Source: an uncultured Gammaproteobacteria bacterium (lineage in GTDB: Bacteria; Patescibacteriota; Microgenomatia; UBA10105; UBA927). Taken from it: a DNA stretch of 54,558 nt. Positions 10,219 to 21,633 of the stretch are shown in pieces. Numbering within the stretch: position 1 is the stretch's first letter; each line of letters starts with the position of its first letter. The stretch is from NCBI GenBank assembly GCA_964449585.1, contig CAYUZE010000003.1:76385-130942 (forward strand). The letters run 5' to 3'. The position numbers and the translations under genes were made by a program. The notes under the pieces were generated by a model, which saw nothing but the letters and a program-made list of their open reading frames with translations, made no database searches and had not been told where the DNA came from.

Positions 10219-10295
10219 ACTCAGCAAATTCTCCGGTATGGTATCGTACGGCATCCCGTGTTTCCTCGTGGTAGGATTGGCGTAAGGAGGAACGT

Positions 10296-10694
10296 ATGAA
10301 GGGATATACCGCCAACATAGAAAAATTGACGCTTGCAAACAACAACTTCCGTACCGTTCTTTATACCGCCTCGCATTGTCAGTTGGTTGTCATGACCATC
10401 CCTCCGGGAAGTGCTATAGGGGAGGAAGTACACGAAGAAAACGATCAGTTTTTTCGCATCGAAAAGGGAACCGGTCAGGTGATTATCGACGGCGTTTCCC
10501 ATGATATTGCGGACGGCTCCGCCGTTATTGTTCCTGCGGGGGCAAAACACAATCTCATTAATTCATCGGCAACCGAACCGCTCCGGCTTTATACGCTGTA
10601 TAGCCCTCCCCATCATATCGACGCTATCGTCCATCGGACGAAAGAAGAAGCAATGAAGGACGATGAAGCGTACGACGGTGTACCCACCGAGTAA
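10296..10694 (+). CDS. Cupin domain protein
   Basis: IGEEVH...DQFF.IEKG and IVPAGAKHN..N, LYTLYSPPHH; SD aaggagg upstream. Confidence 0.9.
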   Translation: MKGYTANIEKLTLANNNFRTVLYTASHCQLVVMTIPPGSAIGEEVHEENDQFFRIEKGTGQVIIDGVSHDIADGSAVIVPAGAKHNLINSSATEPLRLYTLYSPPHHIDAIVHRTKEEAMKDDEAYDGVPTE

Positions 10695-10699
10695 TCGTC

Positions 10700-11023
10700 T
10701 TAGGATTTTTTCTGTTCCTTCTGGATGGTTTTCCAGTGGTACAGATACAGCGGAAGTCCCACCGCTATCATGGCGATAGCTCCCGATAGTTCACGTTGGC
10801 GATTCCTTTTTTGATCACGTGCCGCCTGCTCTCTGATACTCTCTTCATTTTCCGGTGCGGGTTCGCCCGGCATCTTGGGGGAGACGTATTCATACCGATC
10901 CGACTCGGGGAATACGAACACTTTTAACCCGAGATCAATAAGTCGTACCGAACCGATGACGACGATAAGAAGACCAACAAAAGAGAAAAGGTAAAGATAA
11001 ATGAATCGGATATTAAGTTTCAT
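10700..11023 (-). CDS. DUF5671-like two-helix membrane protein
   Basis: IRFIYLYLFSFVGL ... VGLPLYLYHW. Confidence 0.7.
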   Translation of the reverse strand: MKLNIRFIYLYLFSFVGLLIVVIGSVRLIDLGLKVFVFPESDRYEYVSPKMPGEPAPENEESIREQAARDQKRNRQRELSGAIAMIAVGLPLYLYHWKTIQKEQKKS

Positions 11024-11094
11024 ACTATTTATCATAGCACAGCGATGTCCGCTGCTTAGTGTCGGAAGCATGATTCCTGGTATATACTCGTCGT

Positions 11095-11853
11095 ATGCAA
11101 CCGTACGCCCCGCGCAAATATTCTCCCAAAAGCCGTGAGCCGTTTAAGATAAGCCGTACAAAACTGGATTTATTTCGCGAGTGTCCGCGGTGTTTTTATC
11201 TTGACCGGCGACTGGGAGTTTCGCGCCCTTCGCTACCGGGATTTTCATTAAACTCGGCAGTCGACCACTTGCTCAAAAAAGAATTTGATCTGTTGCGCGG
11301 GCAGGGAAAACGGCATGAAATCATGAAGCAATACGGTGTTGATGCGACGCCGTTTGAACATCCGGATCTTGCGAGTTGGCGCGAAAACTTCGTCGGCAAA
11401 CAGGTACTGCACAAGGAAACCAACTTTATCGTATTCGGCGCCGTCGACGATATATGGGTGAACCCGAAAGGCGAACTGATCATCGTTGACTACAAATCAA
11501 CCTCAACGGAAAAGGAACTCTCCCTCGATGATCAATGGAAAACAGGATACAAAAGACAGCTTGAGGTCTATCAATGGCTGTTTCGGGAAAGCGGGTTTGC
11601 GGTAAGCACGACCGCCTATATTGTCTATGCAAATGCGTTAAAAAGCCCGCCGCAATTTGACGGAAGGTTGGAATTTTCCCTGACGCTCCTTGCTCACAAA
11701 GGGGATATTAAGTGGATAGCACCGTTACTTATTGCGATGAAAGCGTGTTTGGATAGCGATACCTTGCCGCCCGTCGGCAACAATTGCGAATACTGTGCCT
11801 ATCGCGTGCGGGCGGGGGAACACGAAACGGTACAAGGACAACTGCTCCTGTGA
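11095..11853 (+). CDS. PD-(D/E)XK nuclease family protein (AddB/Cas4-like, Cys-flanked)
   Basis: GAVDD...IVDYKS, QLEVY, N-terminal CPRC and C-terminal CEYC. Confidence 0.85.
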   Translation: MQPYAPRKYSPKSREPFKISRTKLDLFRECPRCFYLDRRLGVSRPSLPGFSLNSAVDHLLKKEFDLLRGQGKRHEIMKQYGVDATPFEHPDLASWRENFVGKQVLHKETNFIVFGAVDDIWVNPKGELIIVDYKSTSTEKELSLDDQWKTGYKRQLEVYQWLFRESGFAVSTTAYIVYANALKSPPQFDGRLEFSLTLLAHKGDIKWIAPLLIAMKACLDSDTLPPVGNNCEYCAYRVRAGEHETVQGQLLL

Positions 11854-11865
11854 TATGGTAGAACT

Positions 11866-12381
11866 ATGATGCGAAAAAAATCCGCACGGTCACTCTCCGT
11901 ATCCCGGAAACCTGATTGGCAATCGTTTGTGTTTTGGATTGTTCTGTGTGAGCTTGCGGGGGTATTGGGATCGGTGTTCACCGTCTCTGCAATTCCCACC
12001 TGGTATCAAACGCTTACCCGTCCTTCCTTTAGCCCGCCCAACTGGATATTCGGCCCCGTGTGGACAACGCTCTATCTTCTGATGGGGGTTGCGATAGCGC
12101 TGGTGCGTCAGCGGAAAAATAGGAAAGAATCGGTACAGTCGGCAACAACCCTTTTTGTCGTGCATCTTTTTGCAAACGCATTGTGGTCGCCGCTATTTTT
12201 CGGGGCAAAAAATATTCCGCTCGCATTTGTCGTCATCGGATTTATTTGGGTAAGTCTGATCCTGCTCATTTTCCGATTTTATGCAATTGAGAAAAAGAGT
12301 GCTTACCTCTTATTGCCGTATCTTGCCTGGATATCGTTTGCCACCGTGTTAAATTATCATTTCTGGTTGCTCAATCCCTGA
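11866..12381 (+). CDS. tspO: TspO/MBR tryptophan-rich sensory protein
   Basis: WYQTL.RP.F.PPNWIFGPVWT.LY, LLPYLAW..FA..LN. Confidence 0.95.
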   Translation: MMRKKSARSLSVSRKPDWQSFVFWIVLCELAGVLGSVFTVSAIPTWYQTLTRPSFSPPNWIFGPVWTTLYLLMGVAIALVRQRKNRKESVQSATTLFVVHLFANALWSPLFFGAKNIPLAFVVIGFIWVSLILLIFRFYAIEKKSAYLLLPYLAWISFATVLNYHFWLLNP

Positions 12382-12383
12382 CG

Positions 12384-12800
12384 TTATATCCAAGTCGTAA
12401 GGATTGCTCCCATGACGAGAAACGACGCAAGTTGATACCCGCTATTAATAAGGAAGAGTCCCCACGGCATTTCCGCGAATAGCACGCTCGTAAGCATGGT
12501 CGTGGTCACGAATCCGAGCCATATCACGCCGGACACCATCAACCCTTCAGAGATATCGACAACCAACGTCGCATTGATGATCAGAGCCAACGCATACGCG
12601 GTGACGAGCGTTGCAAGAAACGATACGCCGTAGGTTTTTCCCATGGTCTTCTGCGTTTTTTTCAGTTTCTTCTCGTCAATCTTTGCATATTTCATCCAGG
12701 GTTTCGCGAACAGAAGCGGCGAGTACCAGAGAAAACCCACCAGCATACTGGCCAGGGCGGCGATAAGCACGGCAACATAGTTAACGGATAGGTAAAACAT
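12384..12800 (-). CDS. DUF1761 family membrane protein
   Basis: NYVAVLIAA....VGFLWYSPLLF.KPW ... INSGY. Confidence 0.85.
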   Translation of the reverse strand: MFYLSVNYVAVLIAALASMLVGFLWYSPLLFAKPWMKYAKIDEKKLKKTQKTMGKTYGVSFLATLVTAYALALIINATLVVDISEGLMVSGVIWLGFVTTTMLTSVLFAEMPWGLFLINSGYQLASFLVMGAILTTWI

Positions 12801-12875
12801 ACGCCAATGATTCCTTTCTGATTCCAGTATTTCGTAGCGGGGGAGTCGGAGTCAAGAAAGGGCGTTGTTATGTGC

Positions 12876-12903
12876 TTGACAAAGAAAAAATGCGCGGTAT
12901 AAT
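12876..12903 (+). promoter_or_regulatory. sigma70 promoter for rpoBC
   Basis: TTGACA (12876-12881), 16-nt spacer, TATAAT (12898-12903). Confidence 0.8.
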
Positions 12904-12924
12904 GATGATTACTTGAATAGCCTT

Positions 12925-12957
12925 AAGGAGGCGAACGTTCATTGTTCGCTTCTTTTT
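12925..12957 (+). terminator. Terminator-like hairpin + U-tract inside the rpoB leader
   Basis: aaggaggcgaac / gttcgcttcttt 12-bp stem (2 G-U), 7-nt loop, running into the T-run at 12953-12957. Confidence 0.55.
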
Positions 12958-13004
12958 GTCGTTCTTTACAACAGTATAAACGGTCTTATTAAAAGCATTA
13001 CGTA

Positions 13005-16000
13005 ATGGCATCTAAACCTTCCATTTATAAGCGAGACAACTGGGGCACCGAATACCCCGACCTTCCCAAGTTAGACCTTACGTTAGTCCAACGCGAATCC
13101 TACCAATGGTTTTTGGAACACGGTATCAAAGAACTCCTTGATGAAGTAACCCCGATGACCGACTTCACCGGTAAGAACTGGGAACTCGGATTCGGAGATT
13201 ATTATTTCGGTCGACCGCGACTTACCCCCGAAATCGCACAACAAAAAGGACTCACCTTCGACATGCCGCTCAAAGTAAAAGCAACCCTCACCAACAAGCA
13301 AACCGGTCACCAGCTCACGCAGGAAGTCTTTTTGGGTGACATCCCCGCCATGACGGAACGCGGCACCTTTGTGATTAACGGTATTGAACGATGTGTGGTA
13401 AATCAGCTGGTTCGTTCACCGGGCGTGTATTTGACCGGAGAAGTCGATCCCTCCACGGGACGTACCTTATATAGTGCGGAAATCCGACCGATGCATGGAA
13501 GCTGGCTTGAATTCTTTGTAACACGAAACGACGTATTGATGGTGCGTATCGACCGACGGCGAAAGTTTGTGGCATCCACCTTCCTTCGCGCGGTAGGATT
13601 CTCCTCAAATGAGGAAATCGAACGGTTGTTTGCCGAAGTTGACGTCAATCCCGATCATCAGTTCACCAAGGCAACGCTTGCCAAAGACACGACAACCGAC
13701 AGCAACGAAGCGGTGCTCGAGCTCTATCGCAAACTTCGCCCGGGAGAACCGATCGTCCTTGATAATGCCCAGGAGTTACTCCGCACGATGTTCTTTGACT
13801 ACCGACGATATTCCTTGGAGCGGGTCGGTCGCTACAAGATGAACAAGAAATTGAACCTCGATGTTCCCAACAACAAAGAAAATTGGGTACTAACCCGCGA
13901 CGATATCGTGGGCAGTATTCGTTACCTTATAAATTTGACCAACGGTAAGGGTGACGTCGATGATATCGATCATCTCGGCAATCGCCGTGTTCGACGAGTC
14001 GGCGAATTGGTTGCCACCAATGCATTCCGCGTCGGTATTTTGCGCCTTGAACGATCCATTCGTGAAAAAATGAGTTTAGCCGGACCCAATGCCGAGGATT
14101 TGACGCCGACGCACTTGGTGAATGCCCGACCGATCATTGCTTCTATCAATGATTTCTTCCGAACCAGTCAGCTTTCCACCATCTTGGATCAGACGAATCC
14201 CTTGGCCGAAATCGATAACCTTCGCCGTTTGACCGTTATGGGTGTCGGCGGTATCTCACGGGAACGCGCAAGCTTCTCTATTCGCGACATCAACGCATCA
14301 CAATACGGCCGTGTTGACCCCGTCAGAAGTCCTGAGGGACCGAACATCGGACTTGTCACCTACATGGCATTGTATTCGCGCGTCAATGAATACGGATTTT
14401 TGGAAACACCGTACCGCAAAGTGGAAAAAGTCATGCACGGCGACAAAGCCAAAGTGCGGGCAACCGATGAAATCGTCTACCTTGATGCAAACGATGAGAT
14501 GTATCACTACATTACCCACGCCGAACTTCCGAAGGACAAAGACGGATTTATCAGTGCGGATCGCGTGCCGGTTCGTTACAAGGGAGAGTTTTTGGAAACC
14601 GATGCATCGCTTATCGAATACATTGATATCGTACCGCGCCAGGTGGTAGGTGCACCCGCATCGCTTATTCCGTTCCTCGCCCATGACGAAGCAAACCGCG
14701 CGCTTATGGGTACGCACATGCAATGTCAGGCAGTACCGCTTTTGATCCCGCAATCACCCGTGGTGGGAACGGGTATGGAAGGCGCTGTCGTCGAATCTAT
14801 GGGACGCCTGGTACGCGCCACGGATGAGGGAGAAGTCATCTATTCCGATGCCGGACTTATCAAAGTCAAATACAAAAACGGCGATATTACCTCTTACGAA
14901 CCGCAGAAATTCAAGCGCACCTCACAGTCCACCTGCTATAACCAACGCGTGTTGGTGAACCTTGGGGATAAAGTGCAAAAGGGTGACGTGTTAATCGAAG
15001 CTCCCGCCTCGGAAAACGGCGAATTGGCATTGGGTTCCAACCTTACCATTGCCTACATGAGTTATGAAGGATTGGGCTATGAAGACGCCATCGTCATTTC
15101 CAACAGATTGGTTCGCGAGGACTTACTGACCTCGGTTCACATCGAAGAGCATGAATGCAGTGTCGTCGACACCAAACTTGGGCCGGAAGAAACCACCCGC
15201 GATATCCCCAATGTCGGCGAAGAAGCATTACGAAATCTTGATGAAAACGGTGTTGTCGTAGTTGGTGCCGATGTCGGACCCAACGATATCCTTGTCGGAA
15301 AAATTGCTCCGAAAGGGGAAACCGAACTTACGGCTGAAGAACGATTGCTTCGTGCAATCTTCGGAGAAAAGGCCCGTGAAGTGCGAGACACATCGCTTCG
15401 CCTCCCGCACGGAGAACGCGGAACGGTTATTGACGTCGTGACGCTTGATAAAGAAAAGGGTGACGAACTCGAACCGGGCACCAACAGAAAGATTATCGTC
15501 AAAATCGCGCAAATGCGTAAAGTCGTCGTCGGAGACAAACTTGCCGGACGTCACGGAAACAAAGGCGTTATTTCAAAGATTGTACCGCAGTCAGACATGC
15601 CGTATATGGCGGACGGAACGGTCGTTGACATCATTATTTCACCGCTTTCCGTGTTGAGCCGTATGAACCTCGGGCAATTATTGGAATCGCACCTCGGTCT
15701 TGCGATGAGTAAGATGAATGTCAAAGTCGGGCTTCCCGTATTTGAACATGTTTCCGAAGATCGCATGACCCAACAGATGGAAAAATCCGGATTGTCCTTA
15801 AGCGGCAAGAGCACCCTGTACGACGGGAAGACCGGAGAACCGTACAAGGAACCGATCGTTGTCGGTATCGGCTACATCATGAAGCTTATTCACATGGTGG
15901 AAGACAAGACACACGCGCGAAGTACGGGTCCGTACTCTTTGGTTACCCAACAGCCGCTCGGCGGAAAAGCACAAATGGGAGGACAACGACTTGGAGAAAT

Positions 16001-16379
16001 GGAAGTCTGGGCATTGGAATCACACAGAGCAGCTCACATACTGCAGGAAATGTTGACGATCAAATCCGACGATGTGGTTGGACGTGCCAAGGCATTCGAG
16101 GCAATCGTCAAAGGAACCGACATTCCCGCCTCCACCGTTCCGGAATCATTCAAGGTTTTGGTAAAAGAACTGCAGGCATTGGGTCTTAACGTCATTCCGA
16201 CCGGAGTCGTTACCGCGAAGCCCGCCGTCCTTGCCGATGCGGCAAAAGAAGAAGTGGTAGCCAAAGTCGCCAAGGAACTTGCGGAAGTGAGCGGGGAAGA
16301 AACGGTATCCGAGGAAGCAGCAGAAGATCGCGGTACAGAAACACCGGTAGAACCGAACGAAGGAGAAAACAATGGATAA
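13005..16379 (+). CDS. rpoB: RNA polymerase beta subunit
   Basis: [30 protein letters not shown]. Confidence 0.99.
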   Translation: MASKPSIYKRDNWGTEYPDLPKLDLTLVQRESYQWFLEHGIKELLDEVTPMTDFTGKNWELGFGDYYFGRPRLTPEIAQQKGLTFDMPLKVKATLTNKQTGHQLTQEVFLGDIPAMTERGTFVINGIERCVVNQLVRSPGVYLTGEVDPSTGRTLYSAEIRPMHGSWLEFFVTRNDVLMVRIDRRRKFVASTFLRAVGFSSNEEIERLFAEVDVNPDHQFTKATLAKDTTTDSNEAVLELYRKLRPGEPIVLDNAQELLRTMFFDYRRYSLERVGRYKMNKKLNLDVPNNKENWVLTRDDIVGSIRYLINLTNGKGDVDDIDHLGNRRVRRVGELVATNAFRVGILRLERSIREKMSLAGPNAEDLTPTHLVNARPIIASINDFFRTSQLSTILDQTNPLAEIDNLRRLTVMGVGGISRERASFSIRDINASQYGRVDPVRSPEGPNIGLVTYMALYSRVNEYGFLETPYRKVEKVMHGDKAKVRATDEIVYLDANDEMYHYITHAELPKDKDGFISADRVPVRYKGEFLETDASLIEYIDIVPRQVVGAPASLIPFLAHDEANRALMGTHMQCQAVPLLIPQSPVVGTGMEGAVVESMGRLVRATDEGEVIYSDAGLIKVKYKNGDITSYEPQKFKRTSQSTCYNQRVLVNLGDKVQKGDVLIEAPASENGELALGSNLTIAYMSYEGLGYEDAIVISNRLVREDLLTSVHIEEHECSVVDTKLGPEETTRDIPNVGEEALRNLDENGVVVVGADVGPNDILVGKIAPKGETELTAEERLLRAIFGEKAREVRDTSLRLPHGERGTVIDVVTLDKEKGDELEPGTNRKIIVKIAQMRKVVVGDKLAGRHGNKGVISKIVPQSDMPYMADGTVVDIIISPLSVLSRMNLGQLLESHLGLAMSKMNVKVGLPVFEHVSEDRMTQQMEKSGLSLSGKSTLYDGKTGEPYKEPIVVGIGYIMKLIHMVEDKTHARSTGPYSLVTQQPLGGKAQMGGQRLGEMEVWALESHRAAHILQEMLTIKSDDVVGRAKAFEAIVKGTDIPASTVPESFKVLVKELQALGLNVIPTGVVTAKPAVLADAAKEEVVAKVAKELAEVSGEETVSEEAAEDRGTETPVEPNEGENNG

Positions 16380-19300
16380 AAAAGGAAATTTCGCCAATAT
16401 TGTTGACTTTACCGGATTGCTTATCAAGCTTGCCGCTCCCGATGAGGTGAAGGCATGGAGTTACGGAGAGGTTATCAAACCGGAAACGATCAACTATCGG
16501 ACACTGAAGCCCGAAAAAGACGGACTTTTTGACGAGCGCATTTTCGGACCGACCAAGGACTGGGAATGTTACTGCGGCAAATACAAGAGAATCCGCTATC
16601 GCGGCATCGTCTGCGACAAGTGCGGTGTTGAGGTTACCCAAAGTAAAGTACGTCGCGAGCGAATGGGACACATCACGCTTGCCGCGCCCGTTGCCCACGT
16701 ATGGTTCTTTAAAGGAGCCCCGAGTAAGCTTTCGTTACTTTTGGATATTTCCCCGCGTGCGCTTGAAGGCGTTATCTACTTTGCTCAATACCTTGTCGTC
16801 GCCGTTGACGAAGAGGAAAAGAAGAAAGTATTGGCGGGCCTCGTAGAACAGGGAGAAAAGCGTATCGCCGATCTTGCCGCCCGCGTCGATGCGGAAAAAG
16901 AAAAACGCAAAAAAGAAATTGCACGGGAAAAGTCGGAGGTTGTTTCCAATGTGCACGGCAAGGAAGCACAGGATTTGGCAACCAGTGAATTGACGCTTCG
17001 TGAACGCCAGGAATTTGCCACGCTTGATGATCAATTTGAAAAGGAATCGGAAAAAATCAAACAGGTTATCGAGCAGATTACGGCTATTGTTAAAAGTATC
17101 AAGCCGCGGGTTACCATCACGGAAGATGAATACCTGAGACTTTTGGACTATGACGCATCTTCATTCTTGAAGGTCGGCATGGGAGCGGAAGCGATGCTTG
17201 AGGTGGTCAAGAAAATTGATCTTGATAAGCTTGCCGCGGAACTTCGTGAAGAAATCCAGACCTCCAGCGGACAACGCCATGTGAAGGCCACAAAGCGCCT
17301 TCGGGTAGTGGACGGCATGAGAAAATCCACGATCAATCCGACCTGGATGGTCATGCACACACTTCCGGTGTTGCCTCCGGATCTGCGTCCTATGGTGCAG
17401 CTTACCGGCGGCCGGTTTGCCACTTCCGATTTGAATGACTTGTACCGCAGAGTGATTAACCGCAACAACCGTCTGAAGCACCTTATGGATTTGGGAGCTC
17501 CCGAAATTATCTTGCGCAACGAAAAACGCATGTTGCAGGAAGCGGTTGACAGTCTTATTGATGCAACGCAACGCCCGTCGTCACGAACGGTTATCCAACC
17601 GCTTCGCAGTCTTTCCGACATGCTTCGCGGCAAACAGGGACGGTTCCGACAGAACCTTTTGGGAAAGCGCGTTGACTATTCCGGTCGTTCCGTTATCGTG
17701 GTAGGACCCGAATTGAAACTCAACCAATGCGGACTTCCCAAGGAAATGGCGCTTGAAATGTTCAAACCGTTTGTGCTCCGCGAACTTATCGTCCGGGGGA
17801 TTGCACCCAACGTCAAAAACGCAAAGAATGTATTGGAACGCAGAACGCCTGAGGTCTATGACATCCTGGAAGAAATCACCAAGAATCATCCGGTCATGTT
17901 GAACCGTGCGCCGACGTTGCACAAACTCGGATTCCAGGCATTTTATCCGGTACTTATCGAAGGCGCGGCCATCCGCATTCACCCCTGTGTGTGTGCAGGA
18001 TACAATGCCGACTTCGACGGAGACCAAATGGCCGTGCATATTCCGCTTTCCGCTTCTTCACAACAGGAAGCGATCGCGCTCATGTTGCCGACCCACAACC
18101 TGCTCAAACCCGCAGACGGATCGCCGATCACCGTTCCGAACAAGGAAATGGTAATCGGGTGTTACTACCTGACCACCATGAATGCAGCCGATGCTGCCGT
18201 CGATGAAACGACGTTGCATGCCTATGCGGATGCCGCAGAAGCGATCTATGCCTATCAATCAGGAAAAGTCGGACTCAGAAACCCGATCAGATTGCCGATT
18301 GACGGAAAGCTTACCGTTACGACCGTCGGAAAGATCATGTTTAACGAAGTGCTTCCTGAAGGACTTCGCTACATCAACACGCCGGTGAAGGCCGCAACGA
18401 TTAAGCAACTTATCACCAAAGCATTCGGCATGTATTCCAAGGAAGCGGTTACCGAGCTTATCGATGCCATCAAAAACATCGGTTTCTTCGGCGCCACGCT
18501 CTGCGGAGGATTATCCGTATCCGTCTTTGATAACCAATCCATCGAAGAAAAGAACGATATCATCGGGGAAGCGGATGCAAAAGTTAAAGAAATCGATCAA
18601 AACTTCCAAATGGGATTAATCACCCTTGAGGAAAAGAGGCGACTTTCCAATGAAGTCTGGATCGAAGTCACCGAACGTATTGCCGACCTTACTTGGGAAC
18701 GCTTGGATGCCGATAATCCGGTCAAGATGATTATCGACTCCGGAGGAGCGCGGGCAAGTAAAGATCAATTGAAGCAACTTTGTGCTATCAAAGGATTGGT
18801 TGTTGATCCGTTGGGTAAAATCGTGGAATTGCCTACCAAGAGTAACTATCGTGAGGGACTTTCCATCTTTGAGTACGTAACCAGTACCCGCGGATCACGC
18901 AAAGGTCTTACAGACTCGGCACTCAAAACCGCAGATGCCGGATACCTGACCCGACGGCTTGTCGATGTCGCGCATGACGTCATCATCAGAATGGCTGACT
19001 GCGGAACGACCGAAGGATGGACGCTTTCCCGAAAAGACGGTCGTCAGATGGCCTTTGCCAGTCGGCTCGCCGGACGATTCAGTGCGGAAGATGTGGTGGT
19101 TCCCGGAAGCAAAAAAGTGCTTGTCAAAAAAGGTGAGGAAATTACGGAAGATATTGCCCGCGAAATCGACGAAGCAAACGTTGAATCCGTCGTGGTACGT
19201 TCACCGATTGCCTGTACCGCGAAGATCGGTATCTGTGCGACCTGCTACGGACGCGACTATGCGACGACCAAACTGGTTGAGTTAGGCACGCCGGTCGGCG

Positions 19301-20094
19301 TCATGGCGGCACAATCTATCGGAGAACCGGGAACGCAGCTTACCATGCGGGTGAGACACGCCGGAGGAATCGTCGGATTGGACGTTACCCAAGGATTACC
19401 GCGTGTGGAAGAATTATTCGAGGCACGAACGCCCCGGAACCTTTCCCCGGTATCCGAAATCGCCGGAAAAGCAGAAGTGACCGAAACCCCGCAAGGGTAC
19501 AAGGTTAAAGTGGTGAACAACACGATGAAGCCCGTTGAAGAACGCGAGTACTTGGTACCGCTCACTAGTGAGCTGAACGTGAAGACCGGAGATTTGGTAG
19601 CGGCAGGCGACCAACTGGGAAGCGGATATCTGGATATCAAGGAAGTACTGCAGGTTCGCGGACTCGCCGGGGCTCAGTACTACCTCATCAACGAAGTGCA
19701 AAAGGTATATGAGTCACAAGGTATCTCGATTCATGACAAGCATTTTGAGACGATTGCCCGCAAGATGAGCGACAAAGTGCGCATTGATACCTCCGGTGAC
19801 ACGATGCTGCTTCCGGGAGAGCTGGTTGACAAAAACCGCTTCCGAGAAGAAAATGCACGAGTGCTTGCGGAAGGCGGCGAACCGTCAACGGCACACATTG
19901 TCGTCCTTGGAATAACGAGAGCGGCGCTCTATACCGAAAGCTGGTTATCAGCGGCGTCCTTCCAGGAAACGACCAATGTCTTAACCGACGCGGCATTGGC
20001 TACCAAAGAAGACAAGTTGTTAGGACTCAAAGAAAACGTTATAATCGGACGACTCATTCCGGTTTCCCCGGAACGGGCAGCGATTCAGGAGTAA
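16372..20094 (+). CDS. rpoC: RNA polymerase beta' subunit
   Basis: NADFDGD, zinc finger CYCGKYK...[19 protein letters not shown]. Confidence 0.99.
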   Translation: MDKKGNFANIVDFTGLLIKLAAPDEVKAWSYGEVIKPETINYRTLKPEKDGLFDERIFGPTKDWECYCGKYKRIRYRGIVCDKCGVEVTQSKVRRERMGHITLAAPVAHVWFFKGAPSKLSLLLDISPRALEGVIYFAQYLVVAVDEEEKKKVLAGLVEQGEKRIADLAARVDAEKEKRKKEIAREKSEVVSNVHGKEAQDLATSELTLRERQEFATLDDQFEKESEKIKQVIEQITAIVKSIKPRVTITEDEYLRLLDYDASSFLKVGMGAEAMLEVVKKIDLDKLAAELREEIQTSSGQRHVKATKRLRVVDGMRKSTINPTWMVMHTLPVLPPDLRPMVQLTGGRFATSDLNDLYRRVINRNNRLKHLMDLGAPEIILRNEKRMLQEAVDSLIDATQRPSSRTVIQPLRSLSDMLRGKQGRFRQNLLGKRVDYSGRSVIVVGPELKLNQCGLPKEMALEMFKPFVLRELIVRGIAPNVKNAKNVLERRTPEVYDILEEITKNHPVMLNRAPTLHKLGFQAFYPVLIEGAAIRIHPCVCAGYNADFDGDQMAVHIPLSASSQQEAIALMLPTHNLLKPADGSPITVPNKEMVIGCYYLTTMNAADAAVDETTLHAYADAAEAIYAYQSGKVGLRNPIRLPIDGKLTVTTVGKIMFNEVLPEGLRYINTPVKAATIKQLITKAFGMYSKEAVTELIDAIKNIGFFGATLCGGLSVSVFDNQSIEEKNDIIGEADAKVKEIDQNFQMGLITLEEKRRLSNEVWIEVTERIADLTWERLDADNPVKMIIDSGGARASKDQLKQLCAIKGLVVDPLGKIVELPTKSNYREGLSIFEYVTSTRGSRKGLTDSALKTADAGYLTRRLVDVAHDVIIRMADCGTTEGWTLSRKDGRQMAFASRLAGRFSAEDVVVPGSKKVLVKKGEEITEDIAREIDEANVESVVVRSPIACTAKIGICATCYGRDYATTKLVELGTPVGVMAAQSIGEPGTQLTMRVRHAGGIVGLDVTQGLPRVEELFEARTPRNLSPVSEIAGKAEVTETPQGYKVKVVNNTMKPVEEREYLVPLTSELNVKTGDLVAAGDQLGSGYLDIKEVLQVRGLAGAQYYLINEVQKVYESQGISIHDKHFETIARKMSDKVRIDTSGDTMLLPGELVDKNRFREENARVLAEGGEPSTAHIVVLGITRAALYTESWLSAASFQETTNVLTDAALATKEDKLLGLKENVIIGRLIPVSPERAAIQE

Positions 20095-20099
20095 ATAGT

Positions 20100-20537
20100 A
20101 TGCCAACAGTCAATCAATTAGTTCGCCAGGGGCGACATCATAAATCAAAAAAGGTGAAAGCCACCGCGCTTCGCAAGTTCTTTAACGCGAAGGACGGGGT
20201 GACGAAATCACTGCCGGCTCCGTTTAAACGGGGAGTGGTAACACTCGTTAAAACCATGACGCCGAAAAAGCCGAATTCGGCACTTCGGAAAGTGGCTCGC
20301 GTGCGGCTTTCAAACAAGCAGGAAGTGACGGCATATATTCCCGGTATCGGTCATGAGTTGACGGAACACGCCATCGTACTTGTCCGCGGCGGTCGTGTCC
20401 CCGACTTACCAGGAGTCAAATACCATATTGTCCGCGGTAAGTTTGATACCACCGGAGTCGTGACCCGACGCCAGGGACGCAGCCGATATGGAACTAAGAA
20501 AACACAAAGCGGACCGACACCCGCATCAGCAAACTAA
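20100..20537 (+). CDS. rpsL: 30S protein S12
   Basis: [23 protein letters not shown]. Confidence 0.99.
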   Translation: MPTVNQLVRQGRHHKSKKVKATALRKFFNAKDGVTKSLPAPFKRGVVTLVKTMTPKKPNSALRKVARVRLSNKQEVTAYIPGIGHELTEHAIVLVRGGRVPDLPGVKYHIVRGKFDTTGVVTRRQGRSRYGTKKTQSGPTPASAN

Positions 20538-20546
20538 TCGTAACCT

Positions 20547-21023
20547 ATGAGAACAAGCAAAACATATCATAAACTTCTTCCCGCCGATCCTATGTACGGC
20601 AATCGCCTGGTGACGCGATTTGTGAATCGCGTGATGGTTGACGGGAAAAAGACGGTTGCCGAAGGTCAGGTGTATAAAGCACTCGAACTTATTAAGGCAA
20701 AAACCAACGATGATCCCATCAAGGTATTTGAAAACGCCATCAACAATGTCGGTCCCAAGACGGAAGTAAAAGCACGCCGGGTCGGGGGAGCAAGTTACCA
20801 GGTGCCTATGGAAGTCCGCGGTGACCGCCGGGTATCACTTGCCATCCGCTGGATCGTCGAATTTGCCAAGAAACGAAGTAACCGTGAGTTCCATACGTTT
20901 GCCGAAAAGCTCGCGGCGGAAATATTGGATGCGGCAGGCAATGTCGGAGAAGCAATCAAAAAGCGAGACACCGTACACCGCATGGCGGATGCGAACAAAG
21001 CGTTTGCCCACTTCCGATGGTAA
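20547..21023 (+). CDS. rpsG: 30S protein S7
   Basis: RRVGGASYQVP, HRMADANKAFAH. Confidence 0.99.
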   Translation: MRTSKTYHKLLPADPMYGNRLVTRFVNRVMVDGKKTVAEGQVYKALELIKAKTNDDPIKVFENAINNVGPKTEVKARRVGGASYQVPMEVRGDRRVSLAIRWIVEFAKKRSNREFHTFAEKLAAEILDAAGNVGEAIKKRDTVHRMADANKAFAHFRW

Positions 21024-21622
21024 AAGGATCTTCGATTCACGCGCATTTTCAAAAAGCTGATCCCGTTCTTTTCTCCCTTTTGCCGTCACGTATCGTTCCC
21101 CTTCGTCCGAGTAGCTCCGGCACCTACTTTGCCAGCATGTGCCGCACCATTATCGGACAACAACTGTCCACGACGGCAGCAGACACCATCTATGCCAGAT
21201 TCCGCAAACTTTTCGGATCTACGCGCATCACTCCGACTACCGTGCTTGCGATTCCCGATGAGACGCTTCGAAGCGTCGGCATGTCCTATGCCAAAATTCG
21301 CTTTGTGAAAGACTGGGCAAGAAGAGTCAACGCCAAAGAAGTACCGCTTGCGGGACTCTCCGCGATGGATAACGAAGCGGTGATTGATATTCTTACGCAA
21401 ACAAAGGGGATAGGGAAGTGGACGGCAGAGATGTTTCTTATGTTCACCTTAGGGAGAGAAGACGTATTTTCCTTCGGCGATCTCGGACTCAAACGGGCTA
21501 TACAGACGGCCTATAAGTTAAAACGCGAGCCGTCAATGCAGTATATGGAACGACTGAGCAAACGGTGGGTGCCCTTCCGGACCTATGCCGCTCTTGCGCT
21601 ATGGGCATATAAGGATCAATAA
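21017..21622 (+). CDS. alkA: DNA-3-methyladenine glycosylase II (AlkA/HhH-GPD family)
   Basis: IIGQQLS, KGIGKWTAEMFLMF.LGREDV...D; start overlaps the rpsG stop. Confidence 0.9.
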   Translation: MVKGSSIHAHFQKADPVLFSLLPSRIVPLRPSSSGTYFASMCRTIIGQQLSTTAADTIYARFRKLFGSTRITPTTVLAIPDETLRSVGMSYAKIRFVKDWARRVNAKEVPLAGLSAMDNEAVIDILTQTKGIGKWTAEMFLMFTLGREDVFSFGDLGLKRAIQTAYKLKREPSMQYMERLSKRWVPFRTYAALALWAYKDQ

Positions 21623-21633
21623 TAGAAGGAGCT

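Noticed and set aside
11095-11853. Cas4-like protein as evidence of a CRISPR system
   Set aside because: No repeat-spacer array or other cas gene in the window
16200-16379. Acidic, low-complexity C-terminal tail of RpoB as a separate domain or frameshift
   Set aside because: In frame and contiguous, and it carries the SD for the overlapping rpoC start; most simply a disordered linker
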